A program made the translations under genes and the position numbers. A stretch of DNA of 64,000 nt, from contig NC_087437.1 in the NCBI RefSeq assembly GCF_036321535.1, positions 50,780,001 through 50,844,000 on the forward strand. The letters run 5' to 3'. The notes beneath the pieces were generated by a model. That model had not been told where the DNA came from. It was given only the letters and a program-made list of their open reading frames with translations, and ran no database searches. Origin of the DNA: Camelus dromedarius. Lineage: Eukaryota. Of this stretch, positions 35,894 through 49,278 are shown in pieces (within the stretch, counting starts at the first letter, position 1; every line of letters starts with the position of its first letter).

Positions 35894-38828
35894 GATGGCT
35901 TCATTACCAAAGCAGGTACTTAGGTGTCTGCCCACTCCTTTGGGTCTGCAGAGGACACTTTAAACATAAACAACCTAAGTTACCAGAGTTCATCTCAAAC
36001 TGGTTCACAAAATCAATTTGGGATTTATGAAGGTTCTTTGATTTTTGAAGAAAAGGTCCTTCATTTCCTTCCTTTTTGCCTCCCTCCTTAGTCACCTCCA
36101 TTCCTTCTTTTTCCCCTTCTAGAATACTTCAAGAAGCCTCTTCCCACTACCAAGCATGTTTAAGGAGGCATTTCTCCATTTTGCTAAATAAAGATGCTTC
36201 TTACTGCATAAAAGTTTATAGGTTTCCAAAGCAAAAATTCAAATCTTTCAACAATGTCCTCTAACCCCAGAGAGTGATTTATAAGCACTAAGATTTGTAT
36301 CCTATCCATTTGGGGAAAGGATATTAGAGAGAGGAGAAAACTGAGTGGTAGCCCTTAGCCTGGGCTGGAAAAAAGAAGGCATTTTCCTGCTCTCTCTGCT
36401 TAAAATTTTATTATCCTCATTTAACTGTTTCCCAGGGAATCTCAAAAGAATCAGCTGGCTATTGATTCTACAGCAGTTAAACATCTGGGTAGATTAAGGC
36501 ACAAACCAAATAGCTTTGTATGCTGATGCTAAATGGGTATCTCCTATTGATTGGGCATGGAGTCAGTCAGGGTAATGTTATGATATCTTAATTTTGAGGA
36601 ATCAGAGGATTGTATTTGGGAAGCTCCTCCGAGAGCCTTGGTTTCCACTTCTCAGCTTTGGTGTGAAGGTTAAAGGAGCTGATGCATATGAGGATGTACA
36701 TAGTAGGTGCTTAGTAAATGCTAGTTATATCCATCACTCTGGAAAGGCCTTTCCTATATTTGCTTTCTGACAGTCTTTTAAGGGGTAGGCCAAGTGCTGC
36801 TCAAACACCAAGACCCTTATCAGTGAATTCTACCACTTTTTTTGGAGGAAAGCAGATAAACCCAATATCCTTTCTACTCTGAATTCACTAAAAATTCAAA
36901 GAACCCCTGCATCACTGTTAATTTTGGTGGCTGCAATAATGGCATTGTAGTTATATTTTACAAAAAGGGAAGGCCTTCTCATTAAAGTGACATAAAGTCT
37001 GAGATCTGCTTAAAAATACCCCAGCACTCCCCTCTTCCAAAAAATGTAAGGAGAGGGGGGAAATGAAGCCAGATTGACAAAATGTGGATAATTGTTAAAC
37101 TGGTTGACAGGTCTTTGGGAGTTCATGATACAGTTCTTTTGCATATGTTTCAAATTTTCTAAAACAAAATGTTAACTACAAGTGGGCAACAACAGAGAGA
37201 ATTTAAGCAGAAGTAAGAGTTATATAATCAGTTTTTCAGAATACAATCTGCCAGTGGTCTGACAAAGAGGCATACTCAAAAATACAGCTGGATTATTCTT
37301 TTTCCATACCTGAGGGAGTCTATTTAAGAGACAATGACCCCAGAAAAGAATTAAGATTTTAAAATACAATTTACTGTTACTATACCTCAATATTTGAGGT
37401 GTGCTTAAAAGTAAACATGTTAAATTAAAGAGGTAAGATCTAAAAGGGACAACAGAAGTGAATTAAGCAACCATACCCCTTACCTGGTCTCATTTTTTAA
37501 ATGAAGAAATGAAGAGATTCTGACCTTGCTATAGTCACGCAACAATTTTAAGTGTGGAGTCCGGGTCACTTGACTTTAAGAAGACAAACATGATGGCATT
37601 CCCAGACCCTTGGGGAGCACTGGCTTCCCCAACCCCTGAGAGGCTGACTAGTGTCTCTCATCATGGGAATCTGGGGAGGATGCCCAGCCTTCCAACAGAG
37701 ACATTCTCACCTGCCTCCTGTGGTTACCAAAGGAACAGAACTAAAATTGATGATTTGCCTTTTTCAAGAATAGAAATGAACTGGTTTGCCTTTGGCCCAG
37801 GTTTTGCTGAGAGAGTCTGTATCCCAGCAAGGGAGTGACATGGTTATCCTTGAAGATTTCGCAGCCAAGGGGCCTGATGACCCAACTGGCTGGCTGCAAC
37901 AGAGCATGAGGGTTTCTGGGACGCTGCACTGACCCAGTGCATGGAGATGACCTTGCACACACCCAGCTTTTAGCGATGCCTGACACCTGTGGGCCTGTTG
38001 GAAGGGGGTCATGCTCAATTCAGCCCCATTCATGTTCCATACCGGAAAAGACCCAAAGACTAGCCCTTGCTGCTGGCAGGCCCTGCAACCCACTCCATAG
38101 AGATGGGGTAAGGAAGAGAATGTGGGAGCTCTTTCGTCTAAAGGAACACCTCCCTGTGCACTGGGAAGGCAGCTGCCTCAGACCCACACAGTCCTGCATG
38201 CCAAGGGCTGTTTCTGTCAATTTCTAGCTGGCTTTTCCTTCTCCAGGAACAGTTGGGCATGGCCAGTGACAACCTGCCGAGGTGGTGGTACCTGCTGCAC
38301 CCTGCGGGCCCCTGGGTCCTGTGTGGAAGCTTCCTGCTTGCTATTTTTAATGTGTGTAGATTAGGGAGAAACTTGTCTCTTTGTAACCCATACAAGGCAA
38401 AGGGAAGTGGTAACTGAATTTCAACACAATTCTATCCTGGCCAAAGTTACAAATAGATCTGGGAAAAACTTGTCCCTTTTCTATCCCTGATAAGTGTACA
38501 AATATGTGATTATATTTACCCTGGACACACAGTTCAAAATGCAGGAGGCATTAAAGGCCACAAAGTCCTCCTAGGTGATGGAGTAACAGCCCAGCATGTC
38601 CCACAGGGATTCAGCCATGGACAGCAAGCAACACCCCTGTGTCGTCCACTCCCCCATCTGAGAGCAGGCTCTGGGTCAGGACCCTTCCGACTGATTGCAT
38701 CCTCCTCCTCATGGCAGAGGGCGGGAAACAGGCTGAAATTTTGGTCCTAGCCTCCACTCTTGCTGTTCTGAAATTTTGGTCACATTGAGATTTAAAAGAC
38801 TCAAGTGTGGTCTGAGAAAAGAAGCACG

Positions 38829-38880
38829 AATAAATAAGTAAGTAAGTAAGTTAATTAATTAATTAATTAATTAATTAATA
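38829..38880. repeat. Compound (TAAA)(TAAG)n(TTAA)n microsatellite
   Basis: aataaataagtaagtaagtaagttaattaattaattaattaattaattaata. Confidence 0.9.
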
Positions 38881-41713
38881 TGAAGGGGAAAAGTATGGTC
38901 TGGCCCAAGAGGGAAGGCAGACCTGAGTTTGACAGCCACTGCTACATTACTACTTTGCCCAGAGAATTGGGTGGGTAGAAAGGATGGAAGGGTTGACCGT
39001 TAGCTGAACTAGGAACAGGACCAGGATCTCCACTCTTAGCCACTGTGGCGCACATCTCTGCTCATGACATTAATGAGAGCACCCGCTGCAAGCCAGCCCT
39101 AATAAGGTACCTTGCTGACTAACTAGTTTAATTAGTTAGATAATGACAGTGAAGGAACGCATCTTAGCACTAAAAGGAACTTCCTTCAGCCCCTCCAGCC
39201 CTTTCACCCCCACAACTAGACCAGACTTGACTGCTGAGAAAACATCTGTGGACCAGAGGCTCTGAGAAATCAGTTGCTAGGCTGGTACGAAAAGCTACCC
39301 CATGGGGTCACCCTGTGTATAACTTCTTTTTCTTATTGGCCAAGTCAGAAAGAACGCAAACCCATTTTCCTTCTTTTTCTGGGTCCTGTGCTATTGCAAT
39401 GCTTAACCTCAACCATAAGAGTTAGTCTTGAAGACTTGTTCATAAATTAACAATGAATAAGAGGCATCTGAAAAGCAGATGGAAGAATTTTTTAAGGAGA
39501 AATTTAGAAGATTTTAAAAATCAAGAACACTAAAAAATGTTCACCTTCCTAGTAGTTAAATCATGTAGTCAAAACAGCAACAGAATTTCTCATTTCATCC
39601 ATAAATTAACACATAGTGCTGGGGTTATGTTCAAAACTAGTACTTCTGCACAACCCTGGGGAGTGAACCTGGTAGTGTCATTTTAGAAAGTAGCTTCACA
39701 ATATTTTACCAAATATTGTGTAGACTTCATAACAAATCTTTTGTGTACATCATCTTATTTAATACTCAAAATAACTCTAAGAGCAATATGAAACTAGATT
39801 CACAATAGCTGGTCCAAGGTCAGGCAGAGCTAGAATTTGAACCCAGCTTACTCTAAACACCCAGTGTCTTAACCATTATGATACAGAGTATCAAGACACA
39901 GTTTCATCAAAATCTTCATATCTTTTACTAATTTTTCCTGTATTTGGAAATGTATCCTGAGAAAATAATAAAATAAAAACTTTATACATAAAAATGTATG
40001 TTGGAACATTAATTATAAAGGTGAAAAAAATGAAAGCAATCATTATATAATTATGAATATGATGTCCATAGGAAAATACTTAAGATAAAATAAAATAAAC
40101 ATAAAAACCATACACATGGTGAGATTGCAGCCAGGTTCAAAACAGAAAGAAGAAAGCCTGTGGTGTGTTTGTGCACATGGGTGCGGGCATAAGAAAGGAA
40201 TAGTATGTTCTGGTAGCCTTTATTTTTTATGCTAACAGGACTTTATTGAAGTATAATTTACAAGAAGTACAATGCACTAATATTAAGTGTACAGTTTCAT
40301 GAATTTTGACAACCACATACACTACTGTGATCATTAAACAGATCAAGATATGGAACATTTCCATCACTCCAGAAGTTTCTTTGTGACCCCTGCCCCAGGC
40401 CCTGTACTTCCCTCCCTCCTATAAACGTATGTGTTAAAAGATCACTTGGGTGCCTCTGTCCCCATGACCCACAGCTCAGCACCAGAAAAACACACCGCAG
40501 CATTAACAGTGACTCTCAACACCATTGGGGCCCCAAGGAAACACTTCTCCACATCCCTTGGTCTACATCCTCAAAAGAAAAGATGAGCTGCATCCAAATG
40601 CTACGACGGCTTGTGGGCTGTGCCAATGCTGATATCAGGGACAGACAATGCTTCAGAGTGCTGGGAGGATTTGAGCGGTGAGGATTGGAGCAGAGGAAGT
40701 GCTTAGGTAAGAGAAAAGACAAATTAATTATCTTATCAAATCCTTCCTCTCACAAGGCATGAGTGCTGTAGATTCTTATATAATGAAATATGCCCAGGAC
40801 TACCAAGCATCAACATTCTAACTTTTTTTCCTTCCAATTCATGATGCAAATATATTCAAAATTTAAACTCCCTATACACTATTACATTTTACTTAGACCA
40901 CATTTCCTTTAAATCACTGTTCTCAGCGGAGCTCAAATTATGTGAACATCTCAGTTATAACAACATAGTGCTTTTGCTGATATGAAGATGAGAAAAAAAT
41001 TTTGTGGATTAATTTACGACTTATGGATTATGGATATCTTTATTATTCATCCAATTTCACTGGCGCATCAACACAACACTCAGGCACAGGCAATAACTCA
41101 ACTTAGTCATCTGCTATTTTCTGATTTTTAGTCATATAAAAAACCACACTTTTATATGTATTTTAAATCTTGTTCTAATGGGGGTATGTTTGTCAAATAG
41201 AAAGACAGAACAGTACAAATGGACAAACAGCACAAATGGAGGCGTGTGGACCTCCACGTGTACTCTTGCCCCAGGCTCTGCAAATGCCTATTTAAAATTG
41301 CTTTGAGAAGTGATGAGATATTACTAGGCATAAGGATTTCTGTTTCTGAATACTTATCCAAATCCCTTTTCTTCTTTTTTTTTTCCATTACAAAAAAACA
41401 AAAAACAAAAAACTAAGCTTCTTCACTCCTGCTGACGTATCACATTGTACAAGACAAGCACTGCACCGAGGTGGAAGTTTCTACAGTTTCCTTAGTAACA
41501 ATAGCTGGAGATGACATTCTCCTGTAGCCCTTCATAACTCCAGGAAAGATGAAACCAGCTCTGCTACTTGGGGTATACTGAATAAAAAGCAAAGCCCTAG
41601 AGGAAATTAAGAAAATCTGTGAAAATACAGACTCCCTTCCTCCGCTAAGGCTCTCAAGTTTTAGCACTAGATTTCAAAGTGCCCCGACTTGCATTTTAAT
41701 AAATACTGCCCTA

Positions 41714-41850
41714 CAGCAGTGCTTCTCAAATTATAATGACATATCAATCACCTGTGCTTTAAAATGCAGATTCTGATTTAGTAGCCCTGGGGTGGGGCCA
41801 GAGCCTGCATTTCTAACCAACTCGTCTGATGCGGTTAATTCCACAGAGAA
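41714..41850. mobile_element. MER5-like hAT MITE
   Basis: cagtgcttctcaaa..aatcacctg..aaaatgcagattctgattt..ctggggtgggg..ctgcatttctaac. Confidence 0.75.
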
Positions 41851-42944
41851 GCAAGCACATGTCGAAGTCCAAGGTTATTTAGACTATTCTTGTTCCTTTC
41901 CTGTTGCTTACAAAAATGCAGCTCAGTTAACAAAAAAAGTTTTTATTTGGGTTGTCCACTAGAGCTTCTCTTATCATTAAATAAAAATAATCATCTACAT
42001 GTGTGCAAAGCATTTCTGAAACTGAAGCCTAGATGGTATAAACTTTTGGCCCAGCATTTCCTTCTGTGCTGTTTTAGGATCAGCATCCTGGGAAACAAGC
42101 CAGCCCTGCTTTGAGCACCTGTTTGCCTCTCCTTCCAGCACCCCCAAGCCCTATCTCACTGCTCAGTGTGGGCCCTTAAGGCCTATTCCCTCCTCACTCA
42201 GATTACTCCCAGCCAGGGGTTCAGTCAAGTCTATCAGCTGGAAGTAACGTCTTGGGCAAAATAACATCATATGGTACAATATGATGAGATGAGAGACTTG
42301 ATGTGACTAATCATTTAACATGGCATTCTTCCAAATGTTTCTACACTTTCATTTCTTCGTAAAGCTCTTAGAAGGAAAAATATCTTAATACAAAGGAATC
42401 AAAATGGTAGGATTTTAGACATTTTAGCAATATGATGGATAAAAGATTTTATTTTTGTTTAAGAAAAAGCCATAGATGCTCTGGCTAAACATTCCTTCGT
42501 TCCTCTCGATTTATTCATTCATTGAAGTACTGCAGAAGCAGAATGAAAAGAACTAGACTTGCACCCCAGCTCTGCCACAAACCAGCCCCTCCATCTTCAG
42601 GTTCTCCCTCTGGAAAATGGAAATGGATAATAATGAATAATACCTCCTCTTAGAGGGATGTTGTGAGGATTAATACTACCATTTATTGAACACTTATTAC
42701 CTACTGGGCACATGTGTGCACTGCCTCTACAAAGGCTCACTACAAAACAAATGCTGGACACTATTTTCACTCTCTGCCTTTTTTTCCTAAAAACAAAACT
42801 CCTCTTTGGATTTCTTTTGGTTAGTGAAAACAAGTACTAATGTAGATCTTTCATAAAAACAAAATGGCCAAAGCGAACTTTCAAAAGGCAGGGGATACCT
42901 GTACTCAACAAATAGTTTTGGGTAACAGAGCTGGCCATAATAGG

Positions 42945-43200
42945 ACAAGTGTGGTAATTAAGAACATGACCTCTGGTGCCATAATGCCTGAGTTCAAATC
43001 CTGGCTCCGCCACTTACAGCAGAATAATCTCAAACAAGTCGATTAACTTCCCCATGCCTTAATTTCCTGATCTGAAAATGAGGGAAATTACAATACATCC
43101 ACTTGGTATAGTTGTTGTAAGAACTGAGTTAATGCAGCTGGAAAACTTAAGAAAAATTCTCTGTATGTGGTAGGTGCTATGTAAAGGTATTTTATTATTG
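42945..43200 (+). mobile_element. MIR remnant
   Basis: gcctgagttcaaatcctggctccgccactta...tttcctgatctgaaaatgaggg. Confidence 0.7.
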
Positions 43201-44580
43201 TCAAAAACTTTAAGTTGTATCCAAACTTCACTTCTTGCATCAAAATAAACATGAGTCACATTAAATAATGAAATGAAAAAAATACTAAAATATGGGAGAG
43301 CATTTTTATAATCTTGGAATTGGAACAGCCTTTTCAAAGGAATCCCAGGAAGAAAAGACTGATAGAGTTAACAAGTTTAAAACTACTTTGGCAGGGAAAA
43401 CATACCTTTAACAAACTCCAAAGACATGTAACAAACTGGAAATTTTACAGCACCTGTGGCTGATAAAAGGCTTATCTCCCTAGAATAAAGAGAGCTCTTA
43501 CAAATTAATAAAATTAATAAGAAATAGGTATAGTGGGCTGGACGTTACGCTCCTCCCCTTAAAAAAAAAATGGCCATATTTTAATCCCTAATACCTGTGA
43601 ATATTATCTTATTTGGAAAAAGGGTCTTTGCAGATGTGATTAAGGCTCTTGAGAGGAAAAGCCTATTCTGAATTATGCCTGTGGGCCCTGAATGCAATCA
43701 CATATGAGAGAAAAACAGAGAAGACCATGTGAAGACAGAGGCAGAGACTGGAATGAAGCAGCCACAAACCTGAAATGACTGGAGAAATGACTGAAGCCAT
43801 TAGAGGCTGGAAGAGAGCAGAAACTGAATTTCTCCTAGAGCCTCTAGAGGCAACACCTTGATTTTGGACTTCTGGCCTCCAGAACTATGAGAAAATAAAT
43901 TGCTCTTGTTTTAAACCATCAAGTTTGTGGTGATTTGTTACAGCAGCTACAGGAAACTAATATGTCAGGCATAGACTGAGAACAGACAATTCACAGAAGA
44001 AATGCAGCCAATGAATATACATAAAATGTTTAACCTCATTAATAAATAAATATAAATTAAAACAGAATGAGATTTTTTTCTGCTGATGGGTTGGCAATTA
44101 TTTTAAAGGCAAATAACATATAGAGTTGGTAAGAGTGTAGGCAGATTTTCTAAAGGATAAATAGGTACTTTTTTAAAAATGTTGATCCATTTGGAAATAT
44201 CTGTCAAATGTTAAATATCAGACATTTCTTGGACAGTCTTCTGACCAAGAAATCCTATATCTAGGTATTTAACCTAAGGAAATAGTAACACAAATGCAAG
44301 ATAAGTGAGTACTAAGATGTTTATTATACTATTGTTCTTCTAATGCAAAGGTCCATTAATAAGGGATTGGTTAAATAAAGGATGATACAGCCATACAATA
44401 GAATTCCAGGGAGTCACTAAATATAATTAGATAGATCTATATGAACTGACCATAAAAATGTTCAAAATATATTAAGTTTTTAAAAAATAAACAAATCAAG
44501 ATACAGAACAGAATGTTATCATTTATGTTATGTTTACATATATGTGTGTATAGAGGGACTTACATATTTGAATGTTTTTT
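43200..44580 (+). mobile_element. Ancient L1ME-type 3' region, split by an MLT1
   Basis: gataaaagggcttatctccctag, aacagacaattcacagaagaaa, aataagggattggttaaataaa. Confidence 0.6.
43529..43965 (+). mobile_element. MaLR LTR MLT1C/D-like
   Basis: acctgtgaata..ggaaaaagggtctttgcagatgtgattaag..gtgaagacagaggcagagactgga..ttggacttctggcctccagaactatgagaaaataaat..ggaaactaata. Confidence 0.88.
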
Positions 44581-44591
44581 GCAATGAGCAG

Positions 44592-44975
44592 TTGAGGCAG
44601 AGATGGCTAGCTGCCCACCCAAAATTCACAGTTCCTCTTCTAAACAGTAGCATTACCATCGGAAGGCAGCTGCCTGGCTGGAAACTCCATCTCCCACTCA
44701 ACCCCCTAACCTCCAGCTATGGCCATGTGACTAGTGAATGCCAATTGGAAAAGAGCAAAAATGATGAGCTGGAGTATTTCAGAAATAGGCTAGTCTTTAC
44801 CACTATTTCACTTGCAGGCTGCAAGGTGACAACTCTGAGACTAGGGGATGGCAGACCCACAAGACAGAAGTAGGCAGGGTCCCTCAAACACTCTGACCAA
44901 AGACATTGTATTGAAGTGTATTAATCTAATGAAATTCAGGAGTTGTTACAGCAGTCAGTGTTACCTGAATCTAAG
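44592..44975 (+). mobile_element. Old MaLR LTR (MLT1J-like)
   Basis: tgaggcagagatggctagctg; ggccatgtgactag; ggggatggcagacccacaagacagaag; ttgttacagcag. Confidence 0.65.
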
Positions 44976-46669
44976 GCATGTATTCATTTTAATATTTTAA
45001 GTACATTTTATTCTTTTTTTTAAAAAGGAGGGAGATAGTGAAAAAGCAAACCAACTGCTGGTCTCCCTGACCCCCAACCAATAAATAAAATACGGGTCTT
45101 GATTAGCATATATTTTAATCAGTGTGTCATCTCTTGAGTTTCATTCCCTTAACTTCAAGAAATCAGTATTATACCAAGACGACCGATAGCGTCCCATGAA
45201 TGTAAGATTGCAGTAATGTCAGAAAGGCCATTTAGACACTCATAAAACTTGCATTAAGATACTCAAACTTTTGTTGTTGTCTTGAATCACAGAATAAAAT
45301 GACCAACAGCCAAAGCATTAGGCAAACATTTGATAACCCTTTAATAGTGGGGGGAAAAGGAAAAGCAACAAATACGTAATGCTGTAAGTTTAGGAGTCAG
45401 GAATTTTTCATATTTATCTTTCAAATTACCTTCTTGCCTCACTATTAACAAAACTGTAAAGCTCTTATGATTTAACTTGAGTAAAATTAGGGCCATAATT
45501 TACACCTGAATTCAAGCCCTGTAAGGATCTGTGTGCACACACAGGTGAGCATCTGTGTGTTTTAAGAATGAATGAAAAGCTAAACCTGATTAACAAGCTG
45601 GTCTTTCTTAAGGAGCAAATACATAGTAGTCCTTGTCTTTGATAATATAGTATTTTTATTATATACTATACAAGTATATGTGGTAGAATATAGTATAAAC
45701 ATGAATCATATCTCAACCAGAAAGTATACTGCAACAATGATGAATTTATTTTAAAAGCAAACCTCTCTATCCAGTAATTCCCCTCCCCTGAAGAAACAGG
45801 TTCCAAGTATAGATAAAGAGTAATGAAAGAGACAAACACATTAGCTTTAATCACCTTTCCTAGCCTGTGATCCAAGGGGGAATAAATATATTATAAACAT
45901 TTGCAAGGCAAAAAAAAAAAAAGAAAACAATGGGGGAACAGATGGGAGTGCATCAGTAAGTCCATCCATGAAAGAAGCAGTCTTAAAAACAGGTAGTTGT
46001 TTCAGCTCTTACAGCATCTGTCTTACTGGCTCCCAAGTACATGTAAAGCATACTTGGAAATGCTGTTCCCTGTCACCCAGCCCACTGAAGGGAAGCGGTT
46101 TTCTTTTTTCTGCTCTTAAATGATCAGTCTGTAATCAGCTCATGTGTCTAACATGAAGTCTTAGCATTTCAGATTTAACACTTTTCTTTAGGAACATGAA
46201 TCTCATAATCTTGTCATTTTCATTTTACAAAAGCAATGTACATTGGTTGTCTTTTTTAAAATAAAAAATACAATAACAATACAAAAAGTAAAACTCCTCA
46301 CCATTCCTTCACCCCAAATTAAACAGTTATCTTATTGGTGTATGGTAGTCAGTACATACATATGTATGTATAGACATATATGCTTTTAAAATGGGTTCAT
46401 ACTTACATAATTCATCTTACAGACTGATTTTTTCATAATATTTGGTCATCTCTTTAATATGAATTTTTCAATAAATCACCTACAATATTGTTAATACCTA
46501 ATTAATGCTTTAAATTTAAAAAGCCCTTTTTAAACTCCTTAGCAAACTTTAGACAGTATTGTAAAGTAACTTTTTAAATGTGGGAAAAATTGGTTAGTTA
46601 AACTATTATTCTGCTGAGAATGAATAACAAAACATACATAAGGGAAACGCATCATTGCTCTCACAGTAC

Positions 46670-46811
46670 CTTTTTCTGCCATATATTCTAGCCTGATGCA
46701 ACTTCCTAGGAAACGGTGGTAAGCCCTCATCTCTGCCTCTGTGATCCGCACGGAGGTGTAAGGTAAGTATCTAGGGTCTTGCTGCCCACACCTTGTACAC
46801 CAGGAGGCCAT
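46670..46811 (-). other. Candidate alternative first/upstream coding exon of MCF2L2 (...MRAYHRFLGSCIRLEYMAEK|D)
   Basis: Three in-frame ATGs (46811, 46730, 46682), open frame to donor AAG|gtactg in phase 1, matching exon 2; unique non-repeat sequence. Confidence 0.35.
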
Positions 46812-47349
46812 TGGATTCCAGGAACGGTACCCCTTTGCTCTCTCCCCCTTCCTCTTTCAGCACTGCACTTACATAAATGTGTTTAATCCTTTCTCCTGGC
46901 TTATCTCTCTGAAGTTCACTCAAGGACATGTTATTGCTGAGAGTTTATCCTTTGGATTGGCTAGTGTTCACAGGATTACATGCCCAACAGATTATGAGAT
47001 CTCCTTCTTGGGAAACTGGGGGATGAGGATGTCAGGTAGAGGGGAAAATCCTAAAGTTGATGAGAATCAGAATGCTTTTTCTTTTTTAGAGAAATTACAT
47101 CATGAGACATACATCAGGCCACTAGATATTTAAAATAAAATAATAGACAGGGATATATTTTTTAAAGGAGGCTCTTAAGAACATTCAATCCAGGTCACAG
47201 TTCTCATTCCAGGGGACTTCTCACCTCTCTCTCTTTTCCAATCTCTCCAGGCTGCCAAGAATAAAATCTACACTGCCACAACTAGAAGTCACTACCTAGG
47301 CAGGCAACATACGTTGGCAGAGCAAATGGTAAGGTTACAGACCTTGAAA

Positions 47350-47423
47350 TATTTATTGATTGATTGAACCCAGAACCTCATGCATGCTAAGCATGCACAC
47401 TACTACTGAGCTATACCCACCCC
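47350..47423 (-). mobile_element. Camelid tRNA-derived SINE (vic-1 type)
   Basis: gattgaacccagaacctcatgcatgctaagcatgcacactactactgagctatacccacccc is the reverse complement of the SINE head. Confidence 0.88.
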
Positions 47424-47494
47424 ACACACCCATATCTCATGAACTTCCAAAGATCAGGTGCAAGTACAATATTGTGATTCTAAATAGGGAAAAG

Positions 47495-48712
47495 TGTGTT
47501 CAATACAAGAAGAGGATATCACACTCATTAACATATATGTACCTAATATAGGAGCACCTAAATATATAAAGTACCAACAGACATAAAGGGAGAAATTAAC
47601 AATAATACAATAATAGTAGACAGCTTTAATACTCCACTCACATCAGTGGACAGATCATCCAGACAGTAAATCAATAAGGAAACAGTACTCTTAAATAGCA
47701 CATTACAGCAGTTGGACTTAATAGGTATCTACAGAATATTTCACCCAAAACAGTAGAATACACATTCTTTTCAAGTGCACATGGAACATTTTTTCAGCAT
47801 AGATCACATACTAGGCTACAAAACAGGATAGGTCTCAACAAATTTAAGAGAATAGAAATTATATCAAGCATTTTTTCCAGCCACAATAGTATGAAACTAG
47901 AAATAAATTACAGGAAGAAAAATGGGAAAAACACAAACACATGGAGACTAAAAAATGTGCTACTAGAAAACCAATGAGTCAGTGAAGAAATCAAAGAGGA
48001 AATCAGAAAATATCTTGAGACAAGTGAAAATAAAAACATAACTTTCCAAAATCTATGGGACACAGCAAAAGCAGTTCTATGAGGGAAGTTTACAGCAGAC
48101 AGGTCTACCTCAAAAAGGAATTCGAAAAAGAAGAATAAAGCGCTAAATCAGCAGAAGGAAGGAAATAAAAAGATCAGAGAGAAAACAGAGATGAAGAAGA
48201 AGGAGGAGAAGGAAAAGGAGAAGGAAAAGAAGGAGAAAAAGATCAATGAGACCAAGAGCTGGGTTTTTGAAAAGATAAACGAAATTGATTAACTTTTAGC
48301 CGGGCACACGAAGAAGACAAGACAGAGGACCCAAGTAAACAAAATAAGAAATGCAAGAGGAGAAATAATAATTGATATCACAGATCAAAAAATAAGGTAA
48401 TACTATAAACAAGTATATGCCAACAAACTGGACAACACAACTTAAAAGAAATAGACAAATTTATAGAAAAATACAACCTTCCAATACTGAATCAGGAAGA
48501 AACATAATCTGAGCAGACCAATCACTAGTAGTGAAACTGAATTAGTAATCAAAAAAGCTCTCATCAAACAAAAGCCCAGGACTGGACAGCTTCACAGGGG
48601 AATTCTACCAAGCATATAAAGAAGAGCTAACACCTATCCTTCTTGATCTATTCCAAAAAATTGAAGAGGAAGGAACACTTCCATATTCATTCTACAAGGC
48701 CATAATCACCCT
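47495..48712 (+). mobile_element. Internal L1 ORF2 fragment (EN domain to start of RT), no 3' end
   Basis: aacatatatgtacctaatataggagcacctaaatatataaag; aatacacattcttttcaagtgcacatggaacat; aaaagcccaggactggacagcttcacaggggaattctacca. Confidence 0.9.
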
Positions 48713-49172
48713 GCAGAATGAACTGAAGCCATCCACCTGTCCCTACCTATCAGGGCAAAATGAGAGAGAATCTACAAGCTCAAGAAGGATTTGCATTATC
48801 CATAGCAGAAGATCACCAGGATTATTATTTTACCAGAAGTAACATCAAAGTCATATTAAAGGAAGAGATATTTTTTCCTTGTATACACTAGACTTTGTTT
48901 TCTTTTGAAAAAAAAGTCAACACTCAAATGGCCAGGTGTATTTACTGAGAACACTAAACTGATTTTCCCCCAGAGTTGGCCTGGGGGTAAAGGGAGTAAC
49001 AGGACTTTGTGGTGTTGCCACTACACTCCTAGCAGTTATCCACGGGGCCACAATGTCTACAGACCCACTCATCTCCCTGAGCTTCCCCTCTCACAGGGGA
49101 GCAGTGACACCTCATTCCCCATAGGTCAAGGAGGAGGGGCTTGCCACCTCTAATTACATACATGTGGAGGCA

Positions 49173-49275
49173 GGGGTGGGGGGTATAGCTCAGTGGTAGA
49201 GCATGTGGTTGGTGTGCATGAGGTCCTGGGTTCAATCCCCAGTGCCTCCATTAAGGAAAACATAAAAATAAAACA

Positions 49276-49278
<3 letters not shown>
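49173..49278 (+). mobile_element. Camelid tRNA-derived SINE (vic-1 type)
   Basis: gggtatagctcagtggtagagcatg...gaggtcctgggttcaatccccagtgcctcca plus A-rich tail; TSD-like ca(t/c)gtggagg (49161-49170 / 49348-49357). Confidence 0.9.

Noticed and set aside
37384..37400. acctcaa-tat-ttgaggt hairpin
   Set aside because: A 7-bp stem is expected by chance in 64 kb and has no supporting context
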